From assembly GCA_963422375.2 (NCBI GenBank), contig OY729428.2, positions 672,001-736,000 on the forward strand: a stretch of DNA of 64,000 nt, read 5' to 3'. Under the pieces are notes generated by a model. That model was given only the letters and a program-made list of their open reading frames with translations, was not told the DNA's origin and did no database searches. Position numbers and translations under genes: made by a program. Source of the DNA: Bryobacterales bacterium (GTDB lineage Bacteria; Acidobacteriota; Terriglobia; Bryobacterales; UBA6623). Positions 52,044-62,406 of this stretch are shown here, piece after piece (the stretch's first letter is position 1; every line of letters starts with the position of its first letter).

Positions 52044-54041
52044 GGACGCCAGCACGTTCGCGGCGGCGGCGTTCACCGCCTCGTCCGTCAGGCTCTCGTC
52101 CAGCCGCTGCCACGAGGCGCGCAGCAGCAGGCTGTAGAAGCCGTCGGGCACCTTCGCCCCCCGGAATATCTCCACCGGCTCCAGCTCGACGAGGTCCGGC
52201 ACCTCGCCGACCGCCTCGACGATGCCCCGGAACTCCACGCCGTCCGGCACCAGCAGCGAGAAATCGCGGCTGACGGCGGGCACGCGCGGGAGCGCCGCGT
52301 GGCGCGGGGCGCGGAGCCCGGCACGACAGAGCGGGTCAAGGCGGATCTCGGCGACCAGCACGGCCTGCCGGATCTTCCGCTCCTTGGCAATGGCCGGGTC
52401 GATCTCTCCGAACGTGGCGATCACCTCGCCCCCGGCCCGCACGGTCGCGGCGCGACCGCGCCGGAAATGGCCCGGAACGCCCTCCGCGTCGAATTCCAGC
52501 CCGCCCGTCGCGAAGGGCCGGACCAAGGCGACCACATCGCCCTTCAGGTCGTAGAAGTCGAACGGACGCGAAGGTTCGCTCCACGCCGGGCGGCGGGCGG
52601 AGCCCGTCGCGCCCAGCGTCAGCACGCGGGGCTCTTCGTAGCTCTCCCCCGAGCGCAGGTACACGCGCCCGAACTCCGCCAGGCGCACCCGCGACTGGCC
52701 GCGCCGGAGGTTCCGCTCCAGGGCGCGAATCATCGTCGGCACCGCGCTGTTGCGCATCGCGCCCCAATGGCTCGAGAGCGGGTTGCGCAGGGCGACGGCC
52801 TCCGAGCCGCCGAAGCGGCGCGCCTCGGCGGCCGAAACGAACGCGAAGCCGATCGTCTCGTCGTATCCCAGACCGCGCACGGCGGCGCGCAGTCTCGCGT
52901 CCTCCTCGCCATGCGGGCTGGAGTCCGGCGCCGTGCCCGCGGGCGGCAGCGTAGCCGGTATGTTCTCGAACCCGAAGATCCTCGCGATCTCCTCGATCAG
53001 GTCGATCTCCCGCTTCACGTCCAAGCGCCAGCTGACTGCCGGCACGGTCCAGCCTCCCTCGTCCGCGACCGGACGGAATCCGAGGTGCCCGAGGATCGCC
53101 GCGACATCCGCATCGTCAACCGAGACGCCCAAGTGGCGGCGGACGCGTTCCCTGCGGAGACGGATATCAGGCAGGGACCGCTCGCTCGGATAGCAATCCA
53201 CGCGGCCCGGCAGCACCGCGCCGCCTGCGAGTTCAGCGAGGAGCGCCGCGATGCGGTCGGCCGCCCTTGGCGCTCCGTTCCAGTCCGCGCCGCGCTCGAA
53301 GCGCCGCGACGCCTCGGTGAACAGCCTGAAGTGGCGCGAGGCGTTCCGCACGGCGGACGGGCGGAACCAGGCGGCCTCGAGCAGGACATTCCTGGTGTCG
53401 TCCGTGATCTGCGTGGACGCGCCGCCCATCACGCCCGCGAGGGCGACCGGCCCCTCGTCGTCGCAGATGGCGAGATGGTCCGCCGAGAGATCCCGGCGGG
53501 TCCCGTCCAGCGTCACCAGCGCCTCGCCGGGCCGGCCCTTGCGGACGACGATCCGCCCTGCCCCCAGCGCGTCAAGGTCGAAAGCGTGCGAGGGCTGGCC
53601 CATTTCCAGCATCACGTAGTTGGTGAGATCCGCCAGAAGGTTGATCGATCGGACGCCGCAGAGCTCCAGCCGTCGGCTCATCCAGCCGGGCGCGGGCCGC
53701 ACCTGCACGTCCGTGAAGACCCGCCCGACGTAGCGCAGGCAGGACAGGGCGTCGTCGATCTCGATGGAGACGCGGTCGGCCGCAGGAGGGCCGGACTCCC
53801 TGACGTCCGCCCGCGGCAGGCGCAGGGGCCGGCGGTAGATCGCGGCGACCTCCCGGGCGACGCCGACGTGGTTCATGGCGTCGGGGCGGTTGCTGGTCAG
53901 GTCGAAGACCAGGACGGTCTCGCCCTCCCGCTCTTCCACCGCGTCGACCGCAAGCCCGGCCATGGTCAGGGCGCGCGCGAGCTCGCGCGGAGACTCGTCG
54001 GTCTCCACGAACTCCCGCAGCCAGCTCAGCAGGATGCGCAT
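52008..54041 (-). CDS. pheT: Phenylalanine--tRNA ligase beta subunit (short form)
   Basis: SWLREFV, LTSNRPD, DLTNYVMLEMGQPSHAFD, LAGVMGG, RFERG, REIDLIEEIAR..G, RDFS. Confidence 0.95.
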   Translation of the reverse strand: MRILLSWLREFVETDESPRELARALTMAGLAVDAVEEREGETVLVFDLTSNRPDAMNHVGVAREVAAIYRRPLRLPRADVRESGPPAADRVSIEIDDALSCLRYVGRVFTDVQVRPAPGWMSRRLELCGVRSINLLADLTNYVMLEMGQPSHAFDLDALGAGRIVVRKGRPGEALVTLDGTRRDLSADHLAICDDEGPVALAGVMGGASTQITDDTRNVLLEAAWFRPSAVRNASRHFRLFTEASRRFERGADWNGAPRAADRIAALLAELAGGAVLPGRVDCYPSERSLPDIRLRRERVRRHLGVSVDDADVAAILGHLGFRPVADEGGWTVPAVSWRLDVKREIDLIEEIARIFGFENIPATLPPAGTAPDSSPHGEEDARLRAAVRGLGYDETIGFAFVSAAEARRFGGSEAVALRNPLSSHWGAMRNSAVPTMIRALERNLRRGQSRVRLAEFGRVYLRSGESYEEPRVLTLGATGSARRPAWSEPSRPFDFYDLKGDVVALVRPFATGGLEFDAEGVPGHFRRGRAATVRAGGEVIATFGEIDPAIAKERKIRQAVLVAEIRLDPLCRAGLRAPRHAALPRVPAVSRDFSLLVPDGVEFRGIVEAVGEVPDLVELEPVEIFRGAKVPDGFYSLLLRASWQRLDESLTDEAVNAAAANVLASLRSKLGVGLRG

Positions 54042-55118
54042 CTAACGGAACTGCCTCAGGAATCGCGAGTCGCCCTGGTACATCAGCTGGATGTCGTCGA
54101 TGCCGTACTTGAGCATCGCGAAGCGGTCGAGACCGAATCCCGCCGCGAAGCCCTGGTGCCGCTGCGGGTCGATGCCGGCGTTGCGCAGGACCTCGGGATC
54201 GATCATGCCGCAGCCCAGCACCTCGATGAAGCCGGTCTCCTTGCAAATGCGGCAGCCGCCGCCCGCGCAGAACGGGCAGGTGATGTCCACCTCGGCGCTC
54301 GGCTCGGTGAACGGGAAGTAGCTCGGGCGGAAGCGCGCCTCGGTCCGCGGCCCGAAGAACCGCCGCACGAAATGCTCCAAGGTCCCCTTGAGGTCGCCGA
54401 GCGTGATGTGGGTGTCGACCGCAAACATCTCGAGCTGGTGGAACATCGGGCTGTGGGTCGCGTCGGGGGTGTCGTTGCGGTAGACCTTGCCGTGAACCAC
54501 GTAGCGCATGGGCGGGCGCCGGGACTCCATGACGCGGATCTGGCACGGCGAAGTATGGGTCCGCAGCAGGCCGCCGCCCTCGACGAACAGCGTGTCCATC
54601 TCGTCCACAGCCGGATGGTCGGGGGGGAAGTTGAGCGCCTCGAAGTTGTAGAAGTACGACTCGATCTCGGGGCCCTCGGCCACGGAATAGCCGAGCGGCC
54701 GGAAAACCTCGAGGACCTCCTCGAGCGCCATCCGGATCGGATGGACCGCTCCGAGATCGCGCGGCGGTCCCGGCAGCGTCGGATCCAGGCCGGGCCCGGC
54801 AGCGACTCGCACCGCGACGTCCCGCGCGGCGCGCTTGACGGCGGCCTCGACATCCCGCCGCAAGACGTTCTGGAGCCTGCCGACAGCCGGTTTCAGCGCG
54901 CGGGGCGCCGGTTTCAGCCAGCGCTCGTTCGCGGCCGCGAGCAGGCCGTTGCGTCGCCCGAGCCAGCGATCCCGCAGCGCCCGGGCCCGCTCGTCGGTGG
55001 TCGCCGCGACGCAGTCTTGCTCGAAGGCCGCCCGCAGCTCTGCGTAGAGGCCTTCCGGCGAGTCGCCCGCCGCCACGAGGTCGGCGATGGGGCGCTCGAG
55101 CTTGCCGCGGACCGACAC
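54042..55118 (-). CDS. pheS: Phenylalanine--tRNA ligase alpha subunit
   Basis: NFEALNFPPDHPA, LLRTHTSP.QIR, DATHSPMFHQ, FRPSYFPFTEPS, GFAAGFGLDR. Start approximate. Confidence 0.96.
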   Translation of the reverse strand: MSVRGKLERPIADLVAAGDSPEGLYAELRAAFEQDCVAATTDERARALRDRWLGRRNGLLAAANERWLKPAPRALKPAVGRLQNVLRRDVEAAVKRAARDVAVRVAAGPGLDPTLPGPPRDLGAVHPIRMALEEVLEVFRPLGYSVAEGPEIESYFYNFEALNFPPDHPAVDEMDTLFVEGGGLLRTHTSPCQIRVMESRRPPMRYVVHGKVYRNDTPDATHSPMFHQLEMFAVDTHITLGDLKGTLEHFVRRFFGPRTEARFRPSYFPFTEPSAEVDITCPFCAGGGCRICKETGFIEVLGCGMIDPEVLRNAGIDPQRHQGFAAGFGLDRFAMLKYGIDDIQLMYQGDSRFLRQFR

Positions 55119-55149
55119 CCCGCCCTGCGCGCCTCGCGCCGGGATCAAG

Positions 55150-55527
55150 CTACGCGGCTGCCCCATCCGGCCCGGCGAGCGCTTCCCTAGCCTTCTCCGC
55201 CAGCTGCCCGAAGCCCTCCGGATCGCGCACGGCCATCTCGGCCAGCACCTTGCGGTTCAGGTCGATGCCGGCGTCCTTGACGCCTCGGATGAAGCGGCTG
55301 TAGTTGAGCCCGTGGGACCGCGCCGCAGCGCTGATCCGCGTGATCCACAGCCTGCGGAAGTCGCGCTTCTTGAGCTTGCGCCCAACGTAGGCGAACTGGT
55401 CCGCCCGGTTGACCGCCTCGCGCGCGTAGCGGTAGAGCTTGCTCTTCCCGAGATAGTACCCCTTCGCCTTAGCCAGCACGCGCTTGCGCTTCTGGTGGCG
55501 ATGGTTCCCTCGCTTGACTCTCGACAC
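55150..55527 (-). CDS. rplT: 50S ribosomal protein L20
   Basis: [32 protein letters not shown]. Confidence 0.97.
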   Translation of the reverse strand: MSRVKRGNHRHQKRKRVLAKAKGYYLGKSKLYRYAREAVNRADQFAYVGRKLKKRDFRRLWITRISAAARSHGLNYSRFIRGVKDAGIDLNRKVLAEMAVRDPEGFGQLAEKAREALAGPDGAAA

Positions 55528-55572
55528 GGTTTCCTCCGACGGGACGGCAGGCGCGACTGGGGACGGCCCGCG

Positions 55573-55767
55573 CTAGCAGGCGATCATGCGGCGGACGGCC
55601 TTCTCGAAGGCCGGGCTGACGCGCGCGCCCTTGCGCAGGTGCCGCTTCCGCTTGCGCGACTTCTTGGTCAGGATATGGTTCTTCAGCGCGTGCCGGCGCC
55701 TCGCCTTGCCGGTCCCGGTGAGCCGGAAGCGCTTGGCAGCTCCGCGATGCGATTTCAGTTTGGGCAC
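55573..55767 (-). CDS. rpmI: 50S ribosomal protein L35
   Basis: [30 protein letters not shown]. Confidence 0.97.
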   Translation of the reverse strand: MPKLKSHRGAAKRFRLTGTGKARRRHALKNHILTKKSRKRKRHLRKGARVSPAFEKAVRRMIAC

Positions 55768-55902
55768 GGTGGCTTCTCCGGGGCGGCCCGGACGCGACGG
55801 GCGGCCCGGACGCGGCGCCCGCGCTACAGGCGCGGGGGGATCCTCAATCCATTATGCACCAAGCGCGGAGCGCGAGCGCCGCGCGACCCGATCCGCGACG
55901 GC

Positions 55903-57768
55903 CTACTCCTCCGCGCCGCCCAGCGTCAGGCGGAGCCGGCCCTTGGCTTCCGTGACGGCGTAGGAGAACTCCTCGACGGGCATCGCGCCCGTGCGCAGGG
56001 CCTTGCCGTGGAAGGATGTCAGGCTGAAGTCCTGGGTCGTCTCCTGGTAGTGCGCCCGGAGCTGCTGCCAGCCGAGCCAGCCCAGATAGGTAGACGCCGC
56101 CCGGGTCGGGTTGACCTCGATGGCACGCACGACCGCGCGCGCGGCGCTGCTCTCCATGTAGGCCCGCCGCGTCAGGAATCGCACGGCGTCGGCCGGGCTC
56201 AGGTCGCCGGTATGCATCTGCATGTCCACCAGCGCGGCCCCGATGGTCTGGAGCTTGTACTTGCGCCAGATGAAGTCGACGTCGCCGGTGTAGGAGGTGC
56301 CCACAGTCGTCTCGGTGATGTAGATCGACCAGCCGTCCACGAATCCCGGCAGCGGCTCCACGAGGTGCGTGAGCTTCTTCTGCTCGGACTCCATGTCGGA
56401 CGCGAGCGAGCCGATCAAGGCGTAGCCGGGAATGCCGTAGCGCAGCGCCAGCAGCTTGATCTGGTGGTTGTTGTTGGTCGTGAGGCGGTCCCGCAGCTCC
56501 GCGCGGGAGGCGTCCGCCGGCGCCGGCGTGAGCCAGACGATGGCCGCGTTGTCGGAGGACGCGGCGGTCGGGCCGAGCCCGCCCGCCAGCGGCACCGAGA
56601 TGCGCATGAACTCCGGCGTCTCCACGACCCGCAGCTCCAGCGCGTCCGGAACCGGCGCGATCTCCTCGCGGTTGCAGATCTGGCGCGCCTCCGCGGCGTC
56701 CGTCGTCATCAGGTCCATCATGCCTTGGTTGCTACGGGCCCGCTGCTCGCCCTCCAGCACCTCCAGCACGTCGTTGATCAAGCGGTAGTCGTCCCGGGGC
56801 CGACTGCCGCCGTAGATCCGCCGGTTGATCGGCTCGGCGGCGCTCACGAGGGCGGTGTGGGCCGTCTCGAAGTCCTCCTCCAGCTCCGCCAGCAGGTCTG
56901 GGACGGCGCCCAAGGGGTAGCCGGCGTCCAGTTCCAGCTTGCGTCGCGCAAGGTCCGCCCCGGCGCGCCAGTCATCGGTCGCCGGGAGACTCGCGAGCGC
57001 GTCCCGGTACGCTTCCAAGGCGCCCACCGCCGCCTGCGACGCCCGCTCGAAGTCGGCCTCCATGCTGGGCGGGATGCGCCCGGCGATGTCGTTCCGAATC
57101 AGGGCGATCACGCCCCGCGCCGCTTCCCGGGCGGCCGCGATGCGCACCTCGGACGACGACTGCAGGTTCGACTGGGCGGTCTGGAGGTACGCGGGCGCCT
57201 TCGACAGGCGCTGCACGATAGCCGCGTAGCGGTCGTTGGCCGGCGCGTAGGCCAGCTCCAGCGGCGCGTACAGCAGCTTGCCGAGCTCTTCCACGTACAG
57301 CAGCGGATTGTGCTCGTACGCCTTCCCCTCGGTCAGCCGGAAGAGCATGCGCTCGGCGCGGTTGAGCAGCGTGCCGTGCTCGGTCCACAGCGCCGGCGGC
57401 AGCTTCGAGCTGTCGAAGCCTTCCTCGGATTCGGGGGAGGCCGTGAAGCGCCGCACCAAGTCCTCGTAGACCGCTACCCGCTGCGCCCTGCCCTCGGGGC
57501 TGTGGTCGGGCAGAGCGCTGATCATCGGCTGGCTCGACCCGCCCTCGAGGGCTTCGTCGGAGACGCTGAACACCTGGCCGGTCGTGACGGCCGTGCTTCC
57601 GGCCATCAGGACCCCAAGCGGGTCCAGGGCCGCGCTCTCGTAGATGAACGGCTTCGCCACCTGGTTGTGCTCGTCGGGCGGGTACTTGCCGACGGTGCAG
57701 TGCGAAGTCGCTAGGGCCGCGACCGCGAGGACGGCCGAGACCGTCCGAGTCTTGTACGGGATCTTCAT
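55903..57768 (-). CDS. DUF885-family exported protein
   Basis: Signal peptide with Cys, NPLLY, FVDGWS.Y.TE (cf. EGWAlY), VDMQMHTG, NPTRAASTYLG, FHGKAL..G.MP. Confidence 0.7.
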   Translation of the reverse strand: MKIPYKTRTVSAVLAVAALATSHCTVGKYPPDEHNQVAKPFIYESAALDPLGVLMAGSTAVTTGQVFSVSDEALEGGSSQPMISALPDHSPEGRAQRVAVYEDLVRRFTASPESEEGFDSSKLPPALWTEHGTLLNRAERMLFRLTEGKAYEHNPLLYVEELGKLLYAPLELAYAPANDRYAAIVQRLSKAPAYLQTAQSNLQSSSEVRIAAAREAARGVIALIRNDIAGRIPPSMEADFERASQAAVGALEAYRDALASLPATDDWRAGADLARRKLELDAGYPLGAVPDLLAELEEDFETAHTALVSAAEPINRRIYGGSRPRDDYRLINDVLEVLEGEQRARSNQGMMDLMTTDAAEARQICNREEIAPVPDALELRVVETPEFMRISVPLAGGLGPTAASSDNAAIVWLTPAPADASRAELRDRLTTNNNHQIKLLALRYGIPGYALIGSLASDMESEQKKLTHLVEPLPGFVDGWSIYITETTVGTSYTGDVDFIWRKYKLQTIGAALVDMQMHTGDLSPADAVRFLTRRAYMESSAARAVVRAIEVNPTRAASTYLGWLGWQQLRAHYQETTQDFSLTSFHGKALRTGAMPVEEFSYAVTEAKGRLRLTLGGAEE

Positions 57769-57876
57769 GTCGAACCTTCCACCGTGGCCGGACCGTCGCG
57801 GGCTAGCCGGTCGCATCCGGTATCAATCCTATCCGAGCCGTTCGCACCTAGCCTGTCCTCACGCCCAGCTATGCAT

Positions 57877-58323
57877 CTAGTCCGTGCCCGCGGAATCGAT
57901 GAGCGCCCAGATGTCAGTATGCGTGAGCGTTCTCGACGCCGCCGTCTCCTCCGAGATGCTCGTATCGTAGTCCGCGCCGTGAACTTCCTGGAATAGCCCG
58001 GGGTAATGAAGCTCGTCCATCGCCTGCAAGGAGGGGAACTCGGTGACAGTTACGTACTGGTAGTCGCTCTCGCCGCCGGGGAAGTGGTGGCCGTAGAGCC
58101 GCCACGACGTGATGTACCCCTTGTTGACCCGGGCCTGATGCACGGGCTTCCAGAGCTCCGTCTCCAGCTTGCGGTACCGAAGGGTCTGGCCGTCCGGGAT
58201 CTTCATGTAGTCGATCCGCAGGAAGTGCCGGCCGGCTGACTGCGTCTCGGCGGACGGCACCAAGGTCCCCGCAAGAAACGCCAGCGAAAGGGCAATAAAT
58301 AAGCCGAACGCTCGCAAAATCAT
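57877..58323 (-). CDS. Small exported hypothetical protein (dimeric alpha/beta-barrel-like)
   Basis: Signal peptide, DYMKI, Y..LE...WKPVH..R...G.I.SW.LY, YQYVTV. Confidence 0.65.
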   Translation of the reverse strand: MILRAFGLFIALSLAFLAGTLVPSAETQSAGRHFLRIDYMKIPDGQTLRYRKLETELWKPVHQARVNKGYITSWRLYGHHFPGGESDYQYVTVTEFPSLQAMDELHYPGLFQEVHGADYDTSISEETAASRTLTHTDIWALIDSAGTD

Positions 58324-58504
58324 GAAACAACCTCCATCCAGAGAATATAGCCCAAGAGCAGGCCTGCGACCAAGTGCCGGCTAGGGGCGGGGCCGGCGAG
58401 AGCCTGCCGCGCTGCCGCCGCCCCTGCGGGCCGGTTGCGAGATAATCCTTGCGACGCTCGGGCCAGCCGGCGGCCAGACCGCACGGCGGCGGGAAGCGCG
58501 CCAC

Positions 58505-61500
58505 ATGCCGATCAACCCGATTTCGCTGGACGACAAGTACGCTCTCGAGGGCGGGCTCGCCTACATGTCGGGCATCCAGGCCTTGGTGCGGCTGCCGATC
58601 GAGCAGATGCGCCGCGATCGCCGCCTCGGCCTGCGGACGGGCTGCATGATTTCGGGCTACGAGGGCTCGCCGCTGGGCGGCTACGACCTCGCGCTGGCCC
58701 GCGCGGCGGGCTTCCTGGACCGGCACGGAATCCGCTTCTTGCCGGGCGTCAACGAGGAGCTGGCCCTCACCACCGTGATGGGCAGCCAGCTGTTCCAGAG
58801 CTTCCCGCAGCCCCTCTACGACGGCGCCGTCGGCATCTGGTACGGCAAGGGGCCCGGGCTCGACCGCAGCGGCGACGCGCTGCGACACGCGAACTTCGCC
58901 GGCACGGGGGAGAACTGCGGGGCCCTCGCCCTGGCAGGCGACGACCACGTCTCCAAGAGCTCCTCGATCCCGCACCAGAGCGAGCTCTCGCTGTACAACT
59001 GCGCCGTCCCCGTGCTGAATCCGTCCAGCACCCAAGAGGTGCTGGATTACGGGCTGTACGGCATCGCGCTGTCGCGTTTCGGCGGCTCTTGGTGCGGCCT
59101 GAAGCTGTCCACGGACATCTGCGACGGCGGGGCGATCGTGGAATTCGGCCCCGAGCGCTGCCCGGTCGCGCTGCCCGAACTGCTGGTCGACGGGGAACCG
59201 TACCGCAAGGCCCTCGGCACCATGCTCGTGGTGCCCTACAGCCTGAACCTCGAGACGGAGGTCCACGAGCACCGTCTGACGGCGGCGCGGGCGTTCGCGC
59301 GGGCGAACGGGCTCAACCGCATCACCGCGCGTCACGAGGGCGACACCCTCGGCATCGTCACGACCGGCAAGAGCCACGCCGACCTGATGTCGGCCCTGCG
59401 CCTGCTGCGCGTCGGCAGCGACGAGCTCCGCGCCGCCGGCGCGCGGATCCTCAAGCTCGGCATGGCGTTCCCCTTGGAGCCGGCCATCGTCGACGACTTC
59501 GCCAGCGGCCTCGAGACGATCCTCGTCGTGGAGGAGAAGCGCTCGTTCGTCGAACTGCAGCTGCGCGAGATGCTGTTCAACCGCCCGCGGCACCCCGCCG
59601 TCCACGGCAAGAAGGACGCCGCGGGCGAGACGCTGCTGCCCTCGACGGGCGAGCTCGACGCCGGCATGATCGCCCTGGCGCTGGGCCGGTTCCTCGGACC
59701 CGCCGCGGAGCTGCCCGCGGCCGGCGGCTCGCAGGCCGACACGCCGGACCCGGCCGGGCCGAAGTTCGGGCGCGGGGCGCGCACTCCGAGCTACTGCTCG
59801 GGCTGCCCCCACAATCGCTCGACGCTCCTGCTGGAAGGCCAGCTGGCGGGGGGCGGGATCGGATGCCACGGCATGGCAGGGCTCATGCGCGACGTGGGCC
59901 GCGGCATCGAGTTCCTCTTTCACATGGGCTCGGAGGGCGCCTCGTGGATCGGCGCGGCGCCGTTCAGCGGCACGAAGCACCTCTTCCAGAATCTCGGGGA
60001 CGGCACGTACTTCCATTCCGGCCGCCTCGCCGTGCAGGCCGCCGTCGCGGCGGGCGTCGACATCACGTTCAAGATCCTATACAACGACGCCGTGGCGATG
60101 ACGGGAGGGCAGGCCGCGGCCGGCGGGCTGCCCGTGCCCGCCCTCACTCGCGAGCTGGAAGCGCAAGGCATTCGCAAGATCGTCGTGCTGAGCGACGAAC
60201 CTTCCAAGTTCGCCGGCGCGACCGCGCTGGCGCCGGCCGCCCGGCTGCGGCCGCGCGAGGACCTGGAAGCGGCGCTGGAGGAACTGGGCCGCGCCAAGGG
60301 CGTGTCGGTCATGATCTACGACCAGCTGTGCGCCGCCGAGAAGCGGCGGCGACGCAACCGCGGCATCCTGCCCCAGCCCACGCGACGGATTCTGATCAAC
60401 CAGCGCGCCTGCGAGGGGTGCGGGGATTGCGTGGCGCAGGCGAACTGCGTCTCGCTGATCCCGGTGGACACGGAATACGGCCCGAAGACCCGCGTGCATC
60501 AGTCGTCCTGCAACGCCGACTACACCTGCTCGTGGGGGGACTGCCCTTCCTTCGTGTCGGTCGAGATCGAGCCGGGATCCGGCCTGCGGCGCAAGCCGCT
60601 GCCGAGCCTCCCCGAGCCGACCCTGCCCGAGCCGGCGGCCAAGCCCGAGCCGGGCGACGGGTACCACGTCCTGATGCCCGGGATCGGCGGGACAGGAGTC
60701 GTGACGATCAACGCCATCCTGGCGACGGCGGCGCGCATGGACGGGCTCCACGCTATCACCTTGGACCAAACCGGCGTGGCGCAGAAGGGCGGCGCGGTCG
60801 TCGCCCACCTCACCGTCAGCGCCGGCCGGATCGAGGCGTCCCAGCGCATTCCGCCCGGGTGCGCGGACCTGCTGCTGGGCTTCGACCTAGTCGGAGCGGC
60901 CTTTCCGAAGAACCTGGAGTGCTGCGACCCGCGGCGGACGGCCGCCGTGGTCAACTCCAAGGAGATCCTCACCGGCGAGGCGATTCGCAAGGGGCTGACC
61001 GTGCTCTCGCCGGACGGCGCCTACCTCGACGCGGTTCGCAACGGCACCCGGCGCGAGGACTGCGAATTCGTCAACGCTTCCCTCCTGGCGGAGACGCTGT
61101 TCGGCGGCCACGTGTTCAGCAACATGTTCCTTGTTGGCGTGGCCTACCAGAGAGGCCGGCTGCCCCTTTCAGCGGATGCGATCAAGGAGGCGATCCGCCT
61201 GAACGGCGTGGCGGTGAAACGGAACTTGGAGGTCTTCGCTTGGGGGCGCCAGTACGCCCGGGAACCGGCCGTGCTGCGCCCGTACCTGCCGGCGGCGCCC
61301 GCTTCGGTCGTGCCGCAGTCCCTGGCGGCTCTGGTGGAGGACCGCGAGCGTGAGCTCGCTGCGTACCAAGACGGCTCGTACGCTGCGGAATACCGGCGCC
61401 TGGTGGACCGGGCGCGCGCGGCGGAGGACCGTGTGCGGCCCGGCAGCGACAAGCTGGCGCGGGCGGTGGCTTGGAACCTCCACAAGCTGATGGCGTACAA

Positions 61501-61951
61501 GGACGAGTACGAAGTGGCGCGCCTGCTCGTAGCCCCCGACTTCGACGCGGAGGTCGCGGCCACGTTCGAGAAGCCGCGCAGGATCGCCTACCACCTGCAC
61601 CCGCCCCTGCTACGCCAGCTGGGATTCCGCAACAAGATGACCCTCGGGCCGTGGATTCGCCCGTTCCTGCGGCTTCTGGCGCGGGGCAAGGTCCTGCGCG
61701 GCACGGCCCTCGATCCGTTCGGCTGGCTGGCCTCCCGGCGGGAGGAGCGCGAGCTGCTGCGCTGGTACCGCGGTGTCGTGGAGAGCCTGCTGGAACGCCT
61801 CGACGCCCGAACGCTGGACCTGGCGGCTGAAATCGCCGGGGCGCCCCGCGACATCCGCGGATACGAAGGCGTGAAGCGCCGCTCGGCGGAGCGCGCCCGG
61901 GAGTGGGTCAGCGAGCGCCTGCGGGCAGAGCGGGCTGACGAAGCGGCCTGA
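58505..61951 (+). CDS. Indolepyruvate:ferredoxin oxidoreductase family, fused subunits
   Basis: SGYEGSPLGG, GVNEELA, WYGKGPGLDR, YCSGCPHN, NLGDGTYFHSG, CEGCGDC, GIGGTGV, KLMAYKDEYEVARL. Confidence 0.95.
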   Translation: MPINPISLDDKYALEGGLAYMSGIQALVRLPIEQMRRDRRLGLRTGCMISGYEGSPLGGYDLALARAAGFLDRHGIRFLPGVNEELALTTVMGSQLFQSFPQPLYDGAVGIWYGKGPGLDRSGDALRHANFAGTGENCGALALAGDDHVSKSSSIPHQSELSLYNCAVPVLNPSSTQEVLDYGLYGIALSRFGGSWCGLKLSTDICDGGAIVEFGPERCPVALPELLVDGEPYRKALGTMLVVPYSLNLETEVHEHRLTAARAFARANGLNRITARHEGDTLGIVTTGKSHADLMSALRLLRVGSDELRAAGARILKLGMAFPLEPAIVDDFASGLETILVVEEKRSFVELQLREMLFNRPRHPAVHGKKDAAGETLLPSTGELDAGMIALALGRFLGPAAELPAAGGSQADTPDPAGPKFGRGARTPSYCSGCPHNRSTLLLEGQLAGGGIGCHGMAGLMRDVGRGIEFLFHMGSEGASWIGAAPFSGTKHLFQNLGDGTYFHSGRLAVQAAVAAGVDITFKILYNDAVAMTGGQAAAGGLPVPALTRELEAQGIRKIVVLSDEPSKFAGATALAPAARLRPREDLEAALEELGRAKGVSVMIYDQLCAAEKRRRRNRGILPQPTRRILINQRACEGCGDCVAQANCVSLIPVDTEYGPKTRVHQSSCNADYTCSWGDCPSFVSVEIEPGSGLRRKPLPSLPEPTLPEPAAKPEPGDGYHVLMPGIGGTGVVTINAILATAARMDGLHAITLDQTGVAQKGGAVVAHLTVSAGRIEASQRIPPGCADLLLGFDLVGAAFPKNLECCDPRRTAAVVNSKEILTGEAIRKGLTVLSPDGAYLDAVRNGTRREDCEFVNASLLAETLFGGHVFSNMFLVGVAYQRGRLPLSADAIKEAIRLNGVAVKRNLEVFAWGRQYAREPAVLRPYLPAAPASVVPQSLAALVEDRERELAAYQDGSYAAEYRRLVDRARAAEDRVRPGSDKLARAVAWNLHKLMAYKDEYEVARLLVAPDFDAEVAATFEKPRRIAYHLHPPLLRQLGFRNKMTLGPWIRPFLRLLARGKVLRGTALDPFGWLASRREERELLRWYRGVVESLLERLDARTLDLAAEIAGAPRDIRGYEGVKRRSAERAREWVSERLRAERADEAA

Positions 61952-61966
61952 AGAACAGGGCCGGGG

Positions 61967-62406
61967 CTACGCGGTCGCGGCCACCGCCGCTCCGCAGTGC
62001 ACCGCGTAGGCCTCTTGCAGCGAGCGGGCGATGTCGGCGGCGTCGCGGCCTCGATCTGGTAGCGGTGCATCATGTAGACGGGCTCGCCGTCGCGGAAAAG
62101 CGCGAAGGAGGGCGACGACGGCGGGTACATCGAGAGCTTCTGCCGCAGGTGGGCGGTCGCTTCGAGGTCGGCCCCGGCAAAGACCGTCGCGATACCGTCC
62201 GGGCGGATCTCGCCGCGCAGGGACTGGACCAGGCCGGGCCGCGCGCAGCCGGCCGCGCAGCCGCAGACGGAATTGACAACCATCAGCACGCTCCCGCTGC
62301 CGGGCGCGAGCACGCGCTCCACGTCGTCCGGGGTGCGCGCCTCCTCGACGCCGTGCTTGGTAAGTTCCTGGCGCATCGGATAGATGAGCGGTTCGGGGTA
62401 GCGCAT
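61967..62406 (-). CDS. BrxA/BrxB bacilliredoxin (YphP/YqiW), frameshifted near 62050
   Basis: PMRQELT, VVNSVCGCAAG.ARP, TVFAG.D.EAT, PPSSPSFALF.DG. One extra G gives IEGRDAADIARSLQEAYAVHC, ending at TAG 61967. Confidence 0.85.

Noticed and set aside
52299..57714. Very long + strand ORFs (963 aa and 875 aa) and similar antisense ORFs elsewhere
   Set aside because: They are shadows of pheT/pheS/rplT/rpmI/DUF885 caused by high-GC codon bias, with no recognisable motifs.
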